Source: Armatimonadota bacterium (lineage in GTDB: Bacteria; Armatimonadota; Armatimonadia; Armatimonadales; Armatimonadaceae). From it: DNA of 12,585 nt. Below the pieces are notes generated by a model. It saw only the letters and a program-made list of their open reading frames with translations. It did not search any database and was not told the DNA's origin. The position numbers and the translations under genes were made by a program. The stretch is taken from positions 1 through 12,585 of the forward strand of contig JAYUUO010000125.1 of assembly GCA_043754515.1 (NCBI GenBank), written 5' to 3'. Position 1 is the stretch's first letter, and each line of letters begins with the position of its first letter. Positions 1 through 7,437 of this stretch are shown piece by piece.

Positions 1-2622
1 TAGCCAGCGCGTGACACCGGGTACCGACACGATCGCCGGGATGCCCATCTCACGGGCGACAATCGCGGAGTGCGAGAGCAAGCTACCCCGCTCGACCAAC
101 AATGCCGACGCGGACGGGAACAGGAGAATCCAGCCGGGATCGGTGCGCTCGGCGACGAGAATGGTGCCGGGCGGGAGAGTCGCGCCGCGCGGATCGGTGA
201 TCACGCGAACCGGCCCACGTACAATTCCGGGACAGCACGCGATCCCTCGCCGCTCTGTGCCGTCGCCGACGGGTGGTTCGTCCGCCTCGCTCTCGCCCGT
301 GAAGTCGTTGCCGACATATACGATGCCGCGCGTCTCGCACCGGTCGGCGGGCGCGGGTTGCGTTCGGAACCGGGCAAAATCGGTTTTACGCAGGGCGGCA
401 AGTCCGCGTAGGTCGGTACAGGTGGCCGTCCCCCCGACAAAGCCCATTATCTCCGCCACTTCCAGATAGAAAACATCGCGGGGGTCGTCGAGCAGATCAA
501 GCGCGTGGAAGCGGCGGCCCAGTTCTACGAAAATGCGCCGCACCCGCCCGAAAACGCGGGTTCGCTCGAAGCGCAGGTTCTCACGGTCTCGAACGTGGCG
601 GCGGGCGTTGGTAAGCACGCGGTTATAGATCGCCCGCTGGATCGGCTTGCCGCGTAGGACGGCGGCGACGGCGCGTTCGGCTTCCCGCCGGGGATCGTGT
701 CCGGCGGCGCGGGGCGGGCGCGGCGGCTGCGCGGCGGTGTTCGCGACGGCACGCAGGAGCGGGAGCGGGTCGTCGGTCAGCGTCGCGGACTCGAGCTTGA
801 GTTCCTCCAAACACCGGTCGCCGAACTTCGCCAGGTAGTCGCTGAGCGCGGCGTCGAGCGGCGGCGCGGCGGCCAGCACAAAACGGCGGGCGGAGGAGGC
901 GGGAAGATCGCGAAGGGCGGCGATCAACTCGCTTTCGCGCGGCGAGGCGTTCACTATCGCCGCCATCGCCTGAACCCGTTGCGCCGGCTCCGCGCTGATG
1001 ATGCCCCCTTCACCGCTCACCAGATCGTTGTGGACGCTAGCGAGCTCCGGTCCGCACCACTTCTCCGACAGGCGACGCAACACACCGTGGAAGATCATAG
1101 CGAAGAAATCGTTGACCAGTGGTGCGTCCCACTGCGTCAATAGCTGCTTTTCAAGTTCCTGGTAATGAGCCGCGAGTTCGTCGGGGCGCATCCGCTCAAG
1201 GTCGCCGATTGACGGCGCGAGCGCGACGTTTAACCGCTTGTAAAACGTTGTGATCTGCTCCGGGAGTCGGCGGTGCTGGGCGAACAGACTGAGCACGGAG
1301 CGGGCGAGATCCAACGCGTCACGGCGGCGGTCGGCGGCGGTCGGCACGACGGACTTGCCGACGATCTCCTCCGGCAATCCCCTCTTGACGCCCATCATCT
1401 GCTCCATGAATGTCCGGTTAATCGCGTAGCCGGGGAGCAGCGCGAGCAATCGGTACCAGTTCGGTAGGTTATAGTAGACCCGCCCCCGGATCAGCCCAAG
1501 TAGATTGCCGAACATCCGATCCTCGCCCGCGATCTTGCGCGGAGGCACGGATAACAGATGGCAGAACTCGCGGTAGACATGTTCGTAGGCGTTGCGCGCG
1601 AACGTAAATGTGAGCGGGGTAGTGACGCCGTTGTAGCTCTCGGCGATGTTGCTGTTATCCCAGACATTGAGCGCGGCGTCCGGGTCGGCGCGGCCCGCGA
1701 GCGTCGTGATCGGGCGGGACTGGAGCAGGTAAAAGACGCCGTTTTCCCGCGCCCATTCGATATCCTGTGGCCGTCCCGCCCACGCCTCGGCGCGTCGTGC
1801 CAATTCCGCGACTCGCGCCGCTTCGGGGTCGGACAGCACGGGAGCGGTGGCAATCGCGGTGGAGACCGGCTCGGCGCGAATACCCTCGCCAACTCCGGGT
1901 GCGGCGACGTGCTGGATAGTTTTATCGGTGATCGCCCGTTCCAGGACGGAGCCGTCCGCGCCGACTTTCCACGTGTCGGCGTCCACGTCCCCGCCGACTA
2001 ACGCGGTGCCCAGGCCATACACCGCCGCGACAACCGCGACCGCGCGGCGTCCGGTCACCGGGTCCGCGCTGAACGCGACCCCGGCACATTCGGCGTCCAC
2101 CATGCGCTGGATGAGCACGGCAGGGGGGCACGGCAGTGGCGGCAGGTTCCGTTCGCGCCGGTATGCCAGTATTCGCTCGCTAAACCCGGATCGCCACACG
2201 CAGGCGACGCGGGCGAGAACGTCGGCGGGCGGCACCCAGAGGAAGGAGTCGAGTTGTCCGGCGAACGAGTTCCCCGCGCCGTCCTCGTCCACCGCCGACG
2301 ACCGAACCGCGACCGACTCGCCATCCGGACAGAGACGTCTCAAGGCATCGGCGAGTGCCATGTGGATGTCGTCGCCGGGGCAGATATGCGCGAGCAAATC
2401 AGCCAGTAAATTGTCGTCGTCCTCCAAAGCGGCGTGGGAAAGTGCTTCTCGTTGCGCGGTTGCCAGAGAATCATTGAACGCGGCGGGGGCGAGAACACAC
2501 CAGAGCGGAATCGGCAACTCCGAGTCATAAAGACGTGCGAGCGCGGCGGCTTTGCCTCCCATCAGCGCGATGCGCATGGACGGGTCAACGGCGTCTTCCG
2601 GCCAGACGATATAAGAGGGCAT
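1..2622 (-). CDS. PEP/pyruvate-binding (ATP-grasp) protein with C-terminal phosphohistidine swivel domain; rifampin-phosphotransferase-like dikinase architecture; 3' end outside window
   Basis: Manual translation from ATG at 2622 gives MPSYIVWPEDAVDPSMRIALMGGKAAAL, then VAVRSSAVDEDGAGNSFAGQLDSF, QRMV..GVAFSADP, GLGTALVGG and DIEW...LLQSRPIT. In the same frame near the left edge: ILVAERTDPGW...ERGSLLSHSAIVAREMGIPAIV, with the catalytic His codon at 72..70. It is missing from the ORF track, consistent with no in-frame stop before the edge. Confidence 0.93.
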   Translation of the reverse strand, partial: MPSYIVWPEDAVDPSMRIALMGGKAAALARLYDSELPIPLWCVLAPAAFNDSLATAQREALSHAALEDDDNLLADLLAHICPGDDIHMALADALRRLCPDGESVAVRSSAVDEDGAGNSFAGQLDSFLWVPPADVLARVACVWRSGFSERILAYRRERNLPPLPCPPAVLIQRMVDAECAGVAFSADPVTGRRAVAVVAAVYGLGTALVGGDVDADTWKVGADGSVLERAITDKTIQHVAAPGVGEGIRAEPVSTAIATAPVLSDPEAARVAELARRAEAWAGRPQDIEWARENGVFYLLQSRPITTLAGRADPDAALNVWDNSNIAESYNGVTTPLTFTFARNAYEHVYREFCHLLSVPPRKIAGEDRMFGNLLGLIRGRVYYNLPNWYRLLALLPGYAINRTFMEQMMGVKRGLPEEIVGKSVVPTAADRRRDALDLARSVLSLFAQHRRLPEQITTFYKRLNVALAPSIGDLERMRPDELAAHYQELEKQLLTQWDAPLVNDFFAMIFHGVLRRLSEKWCGPELASVHNDLVSGEGGIISAEPAQRVQAMAAIVNASPRESELIAALRDLPASSARRFVLAAAPPLDAALSDYLAKFGDRCLEELKLESATLTDDPLPLLRAVANTAAQPPRPPRAAGHDPRREAERAVAAVLRGKPIQRAIYNRVLTNARRHVRDRENLRFERTRVFGRVRRIFVELGRRFHALDLLDDPRDVFYLEVAEIMGFVGGTATCTDLRGLAALRKTDFARFRTQPAPADRCETRGIVYVGNDFTGESEADEPPVGDGTERRGIACCPGIVRGPVRVITDPRGATLPPGTILVAERTDPGWILLFPSASALLVERGSLLSHSAIVAREMGIPAIVSVPGVTRWL

Positions 2623-2666
2623 ACTCCAGAGCACCTTTCCGAGCCGGTAAGCAAACGAGTAGCAAC

Positions 2667-2711
2667 AAAAAAAGCGACTGTCGTACGCTCCTAATGAGCC
2701 ACGCAGTCGCC
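2667..2711 (-). terminator. Intrinsic terminator in the 5' leader of the dikinase gene
   Basis: Minus strand reads GCGACTG-CGT-gGCTC-attag-GAGC-gt-ACG-a-CAGTCGC followed by T7, ending about 45 nt upstream of the ATG at 2622. Confidence 0.75.
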
Positions 2712-2766
2712 GGGTTTCTCACGCTTCGTTAGCTCTTTCAGCAGACTCCAGCGCGATTACGTATAT

Positions 2767-2775
2767 ATAGTACCA
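2767..2775 (-). promoter_or_regulatory. Putative extended -10 promoter (TGgTACTAT) for the dikinase leader
   Basis: TGn plus TACTAT in an AT-rich patch. The same TGG-TAnnAT form occurs upstream of pdhA. Confidence 0.5.
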
Positions 2776-2936
2776 TGTTCTGCGGAGCCGTCGCCAGCCA
2801 GACAAAAACACATAGTACCTCAGGGCGCGGGCGCATCCTGTTGAAACGATCTCACACCCCACTGAATTAAGATGCTGAGTGTTGTCTTATCATCAATATA
2901 TAGATAATTGCGTCTCACAATAGTGTCTATAAATTA

Positions 2937-3875
2937 TTAGTGCAGAAGTCGCGGGATGGCACCGAGACTCAGATACATCACCAGCGTCCAGACTCCCGCG
3001 ACTGGCTCGAACCACATTGCCGTCTGCTTCGTAGGAGAACGGGCGAAGCGAACAGCGACCACTACCGCAACCGTAACCAGGCAAATTAGGAGGGAGGCCA
3101 CCGGCAACAGGAAGTGAATCTCGCGAGCCGCGAGCAGTGCCAATACGGCGGTGCCGCAGATCGCCCCGACCCAGACTGTGGGCGCAACAACGGTGCCCCA
3201 CAGCGACGTATATGTCTCAACCCCCTCCTCCTCCGACTCAGCGGCGCGAAGTTTGCGCCCGACCTCGATCACGATGCCGTTCATGAAACTCACGAGCAGG
3301 AACCAGATTAGACCGCGCGGCGCGTCCACGCCCGCCACGCGCCAGTCGCACGCCGTCGCGTACAGGTCAATGAGCGGCATGATCGCCATGTGCGAAACCA
3401 TGTACACGACCGGGTGCCTTTTAAGCCATACCGGGACGAAAAACTCCTTCGTCATCAGCGCGAGCCACGCCCAGACCAGGAGCAGATATGGGAGTAGCGC
3501 GGGCGCGAGGGCGAAGGCGAGCGCGAACTGTATCACGCCCGCGAACGCGGCGACGACGCCGAGTTCACTCAGCCGCACCAGACCGCGCGGCACGGCGCGA
3601 TAAGGACGCCAGCGCGAATCCTCTGCGAAGTCTTTGAACTCGTCGGCGATCCGCAACAGCAGGAAAAACAGCAGTGCGGTCACGAACGACACGGCGATGT
3701 TGGCCCACGGCGGGAGGTGTCCCTGTCCGCGTAGTAGCGACGAGAACGACACGGCGGAGAACGAGAACGCGGCGACCAGCGGGGCGTGGGCAACGAGCGG
3801 AAACCGCTCGCGCTGGTAAACCCACCAGCGGGCGGCGCCGGTCGGCATCGGGAGCGCGGCGACGGTTTCATTCAT
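2937..3875 (-). CDS. UbiA prenyltransferase-superfamily membrane protein (divergent subfamily)
   Basis: 312 aa with many hydrophobic helices and a UbiA-type first Asp-rich motif, RIADEFKDFAEDSRWRPYRAVPRG. It overlaps the upstream gene by 8 bp (ATGAATGA). Confidence 0.82.
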   Translation of the reverse strand: MNETVAALPMPTGAARWWVYQRERFPLVAHAPLVAAFSFSAVSFSSLLRGQGHLPPWANIAVSFVTALLFFLLLRIADEFKDFAEDSRWRPYRAVPRGLVRLSELGVVAAFAGVIQFALAFALAPALLPYLLLVWAWLALMTKEFFVPVWLKRHPVVYMVSHMAIMPLIDLYATACDWRVAGVDAPRGLIWFLLVSFMNGIVIEVGRKLRAAESEEEGVETYTSLWGTVVAPTVWVGAICGTAVLALLAAREIHFLLPVASLLICLVTVAVVVAVRFARSPTKQTAMWFEPVAGVWTLVMYLSLGAIPRLLH

Positions 3876-5220
3876 TCGGCGGGCTGTTCTCCGGCGTCAT
3901 TGACACGTCGGTTGTCGGTGCCTTGGCCCGACTACGGGCGAGCCGCTGGTGGGCGCGGGCGAAATCACCCGCCGCGAGCGCACCGATGATAGATAGCTCT
4001 CCCGCCAGTGACAGAGCGGCGCAGACTTCCGCGAGTGCCCGTGCGTTCCCGCTCCCGGCGAGACCGAGAATGTCCAGACATGCCTTCTGCGTCGGCAGTC
4101 CCGTGCCCCCGCCGACGGTGCCGACGACCAGATTCGGCAACGTGACGGAGGCGTACAGATCGTCTGGCCCGCCCTCCCCCGTCGCCGGGCGCGTCTCGAA
4201 GCGTGTCACCCCGACCGCCGACTCCGCGATGCAGGCGGCATCCTGCCCGCAGGCGATATACAGCGCGGTCAGCCCGTTTGCGTAATGCCCCTGAATCCCG
4301 ATCGTGCCGCTCATCACGCCGCCTAACGCCGACATGCGCCAGTACTGCTCCATCGCGAGCGCGGTCGTATATAGCCGCTTCGCGATCAACCTGCCAGATA
4401 TGACGATTTCAGCCGTTACCTTCTTGCCACGCACGGACAAAAAAGAGCGGGCACTCGCCTTTTTATCGCCGGACAGGTTTGCTTCGACGAAGTGATACAG
4501 CGGAACAACAGGCGACTCGGCGACGATGTATTCGCAGATCGCGGCGGTAGCGATGGTGACCATGTTCTGCCCAGATGCGTCGCCGGTCGAGTACTCGAAG
4601 TCGAGGTAGACGTGGTTACCCTCCACGGTCACCTTCATATCGTGCAGTTTGCCGTGCCGGGTGGTTGACTCGGCTTTCTCGCGGAACGTTCCGACACTGG
4701 TTAGTGCCCACGCGACGAACTGCCCCACTTCGCGCAGGTTATTAAAGGCGAAGCCGGGAGCGCGGCTCATCCCCTCGCTGAGCAGGAGGGCGGCGCAACC
4801 GCCGGACTCAGTAATCAGTTGCGCCCCGCGATGGTACGACGCGACTAACGCCGCCTCGGTCGTAGCAAGCGGAACGCGAAAATCCCCGTTCGCGAACAGC
4901 CCGTTGACGCGCAATGGGCCGACCAGACCGACTGGGAGTTGCACGGTGCCGAGGAAGTTTTCGATGTTGCCCCCATACGCCGCGAACGATCCGGGGGGCG
5001 CGTCCCCCGTCAGCGTTGCCCGCGCCGTTCGGGATATTTCACTATCCCCAATGGTAGCCCAGCAATGATCCATGCCGCGAGCCGTTATCCGCGCCGACCC
5101 CGAGAAGCGGGGCGGCGGATCATCCGTGCGAGGAGCGAGGCGACCTAGCCATGCCTCCTGCCCGTGTTCCCGAAGCAGTTCCTCCATGTAGTGCGTGATC
5201 GAACGGTAATGCGTGGACAA
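3868..5220 (-). CDS. hmgA: Class I hydroxymethylglutaryl-CoA reductase (NADPH-type)
   Basis: Motifs ENFLG, PLATTEAALVAS, GDASGQNMV, NLSGDKK, CGQDAA, GTVGGGT and C-terminal AHQRL. The start is placed at the in-frame TTG at 5220 because GGAGG (5232..5228) lies 7 nt upstream and a TATAAT sits inside the longer 5289 ORF. This gives 450 aa. Confidence 0.92.
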   Translation of the reverse strand: MSTHYRSITHYMEELLREHGQEAWLGRLAPRTDDPPPRFSGSARITARGMDHCWATIGDSEISRTARATLTGDAPPGSFAAYGGNIENFLGTVQLPVGLVGPLRVNGLFANGDFRVPLATTEAALVASYHRGAQLITESGGCAALLLSEGMSRAPGFAFNNLREVGQFVAWALTSVGTFREKAESTTRHGKLHDMKVTVEGNHVYLDFEYSTGDASGQNMVTIATAAICEYIVAESPVVPLYHFVEANLSGDKKASARSFLSVRGKKVTAEIVISGRLIAKRLYTTALAMEQYWRMSALGGVMSGTIGIQGHYANGLTALYIACGQDAACIAESAVGVTRFETRPATGEGGPDDLYASVTLPNLVVGTVGGGTGLPTQKACLDILGLAGSGNARALAEVCAALSLAGELSIIGALAAGDFARAHQRLARSRAKAPTTDVSMTPENSPPNE

Positions 5221-5247
5221 CGAGAAACCTCCGGTGCTTTCGTTATA

Positions 5248-5253
5248 ATTATA
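5248..5253 (-). promoter_or_regulatory. Putative -10 box (TATAAT) for the HMG-CoA reductase/UbiA operon
   Basis: Perfect TATAAT 15 nt upstream of the GGAGG. It is part of the palindrome TATAATTATA (5244..5253). No clear -35 box. Confidence 0.45.
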
Positions 5254-5304
5254 CTGTCGAACGCGCTTTCTTGCTTGCCTTGCGGACATCCCCGCATAGC
5301 ATCG

Positions 5305-5487
5305 CGCGACTTCACCCCCTAACCTTTATACTGCCGCAAGCACGGAGAGGGAAAAACCTTGCTCGCGGGATCAGGCGGCGGTACTTCTCGTCGCTTCATC
5401 GTCAGACGGGAAATCCTCCTCCATAAACAAGCAAAGTTCCCCCTCTCCGCGCTTGCGGCAGACAGAGGTATGGGGGGTGAAGTCGCG
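5305..5487. repeat. Imperfect inverted-repeat doublet (about 58-bp arms), REP/MITE-like
   Basis: 5305..5363 aligns with the reverse complement of 5430..5487. The outer 15 bp are perfect (CGCGACTTCACCCCC / GGGGGTGAAGTCGCG) and both arms share the core CTGCCGCAAGCRCGGAGAGGG. Confidence 0.85.
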
Positions 5488-5517
5488 GGCAGGGCTAAAA
5501 GTCGCGCGCGGTAAAAC

Positions 5518-5922
5518 TTAGTGTCCGGAGACGTTTCCGCCCGTGGCGACCTTCGCCAGCGCGGACGATGCCAGTGCCCGCCGCCGCGCCCGCTGAATCT
5601 GGACCGGGCGCAGGTCGGCGCAGATGACCTGCGGATGAAGCCCCATCCGGCTTGCGGCGTTAACGACTCGCGGCACGAAGTCGAACTCCAGCCAATCCGC
5701 GTACCGCTCATCCGTGTCGTTCGCGTCGAGGCTGGCGAGCAGGTTCTCGCCCGCTGCCCGCTTTGCCGCCGGGTAGACGAAGCAACGCGCCCCGGTTCCG
5801 ATGCTCCACTCGATCACGGCGCGGTCCGAGCCAGGGACACCCGACAAGCCGTGCCAGTCTTTGGCCAGTTTCTCGAACGCGTCCGGGTCGAACCGGGGCA
5901 GGTTTTGTAGCCGTTTTTCCAT
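5518..5922 (-). CDS. Hypothetical protein, 134 aa
   Basis: ATG start 20 nt after the pdhC stop, same strand, protein-like composition. No family recognised. Confidence 0.7.
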   Translation of the reverse strand: MEKRLQNLPRFDPDAFEKLAKDWHGLSGVPGSDRAVIEWSIGTGARCFVYPAAKRAAGENLLASLDANDTDERYADWLEFDFVPRVVNAASRMGLHPQVICADLRPVQIQRARRRALASSALAKVATGGNVSGH

Positions 5923-5942
5923 AAGTGCTTCGCGCTTTCGCC

Positions 5943-7427
5943 CTAGCCGGTGACTATCTGGAGAGGATTTTCAATCACACGCTTCAGCGATTGCAGGAAC
6001 GTCGCGCCCGCGACGCCGTCCATGACCCGGTGATCGGCGCAGAGCGTCACTTTCATGCGCTTGCGCGGCACGATCTGTCCGTCCACCACGGCGGCGACGT
6101 CCCGCACCGAGGCGATAGCCAGAATAGCGCCCTCACCCGGATTGATGATCGCCGCGAAGCTCTCCACGTCGAACTGACCCAGGTTCGAAATCGTGAACGT
6201 CCCGCCGGTGTACTCATCCGGCTTGAGTTTGTTTTCACGCGCCTTCTCGATCAGCGGACGGGTTTCTTTCGCGATGGCCCGGAGCGACTTGTTCTCGCAA
6301 CCCTTGACCACGGGAACAATCAGGCCGTCCTCAATGGAGACCGCGATGCCGATATTAACCGACTTGCGGACGACGCGCTTGTTGTCCGAGAACGCCGAGT
6401 TGATGACCGGGTTTTCGACAAGGGCGACGGCGCACGCCTTGGTTATCATGTCGGTGACGGACACTTTACCTGCGTTCGGGGCGGCGGATTTATTGAGCTG
6501 TTCGCGGAAGGCGAGGAACGCCTCCATATCGAGCTCGGCGGTCACGTAGAAGTGCGGAATCGTTGATTTGGACTCCGCGAGCCGCCGGGCAATAGTGCGG
6601 CGCATCGCGTTGTACTCGACAAAGGTATCGCCCTCTCCCAGCGCGAGTGGCTTCACGGGTTCTGATTGCGCGGCGGGCGTGGTAGCGGCGGGGGCGAGCG
6701 TTGCCGCTGGTCGCGCCGCTTCCGAAGATCCGGTGGATTTTAGCGCGGCTTCGACATCGGCTTTCATCACCGCTCCGTTCTCGCCCGACCCGGAGATCGC
6801 CGCGAGGTCCAATTTATTCGCGCTAGCCATTGCTTTGGCGAGGGGGGAGGCTTTTACCGCAGTGCCACCGACGGATTCGACCATAACCGGCTCGCCGATG
6901 GTGCTCGCCGACCCACCCAGATTTTCGGGCAGTGCTCCGATGTAGGAGTTGTACGGCTGAAATTTGCCGCCGCTGACCACGGCGTACGAGGGGGACGAGA
7001 CCGGCGCGGTGACAACTGGCTTGGGCGCGACGCCGTTGGTATTGCCGGTTTGCGGCGCGGGTTCCATCCTGACCGGGATGACTCCCTCACCTGTCGTGGT
7101 TTCCGGATCCTCCTCGGGCTTCGGCACGTCAATCTTCGCGATAGGTGCCGCGCTTGTCGTCGGAGCCGTCGCGGGGACCTGCGCCGCGCTCGCTACCGCT
7201 CCGACTACCCCGATCACCGTACCGACCGGCACCATGTCACCGGCCTGCACGTGAATAGCGGTCAGGAATCCGTCCCCGTCCGACTCGATCTCGACGTTCG
7301 ACTTGTCAGTCTCCAGTTCCGCGATCGCCTCGCCGGACTTCACCGCGTCCCCGACATTCTTCAGCCACTGGACGATGCGTCCCTCTTCCATCGCGTCGCC
7401 CATCTTGGGCAAAATAATATCAGCCAT
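5943..7427 (-). CDS. pdhC: Pyruvate dehydrogenase E2, dihydrolipoamide acetyltransferase
   Basis: Single lipoyl domain (ELETDKS), peripheral-subunit-binding domain (KASPLAKAMA...GSGENGAVMKADV) and catalytic GGTFTISNLG and ADHRVMDG. Confidence 0.95.
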   Translation of the reverse strand: MADIILPKMGDAMEEGRIVQWLKNVGDAVKSGEAIAELETDKSNVEIESDGDGFLTAIHVQAGDMVPVGTVIGVVGAVASAAQVPATAPTTSAAPIAKIDVPKPEEDPETTTGEGVIPVRMEPAPQTGNTNGVAPKPVVTAPVSSPSYAVVSGGKFQPYNSYIGALPENLGGSASTIGEPVMVESVGGTAVKASPLAKAMASANKLDLAAISGSGENGAVMKADVEAALKSTGSSEAARPAATLAPAATTPAAQSEPVKPLALGEGDTFVEYNAMRRTIARRLAESKSTIPHFYVTAELDMEAFLAFREQLNKSAAPNAGKVSVTDMITKACAVALVENPVINSAFSDNKRVVRKSVNIGIAVSIEDGLIVPVVKGCENKSLRAIAKETRPLIEKARENKLKPDEYTGGTFTISNLGQFDVESFAAIINPGEGAILAIASVRDVAAVVDGQIVPRKRMKVTLCADHRVMDGVAGATFLQSLKRVIENPLQIVTG

Positions 7428-7437
7428 TTGTTTTCTT

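Noticed and set aside
11..2732. Many 60-230 aa ORFs in the track on both strands
   Set aside because: They are shadow or alternative frames of the long minus-strand dikinase gene in GC-rich DNA and contain no recognisable motifs.
2710..2750. Resemblance of GCTGAAAGAGCTAAC to a glycine riboswitch core
   Set aside because: The other conserved elements, such as the CUCUCAGG segment and supporting stems, are missing.
5221..5289. N-terminal extension of HMG-CoA reductase from ATG 5289
   Set aside because: It contains a TATAAT and a well-spaced GGAGG before an in-frame TTG at 5220, so it is more likely promoter and UTR.
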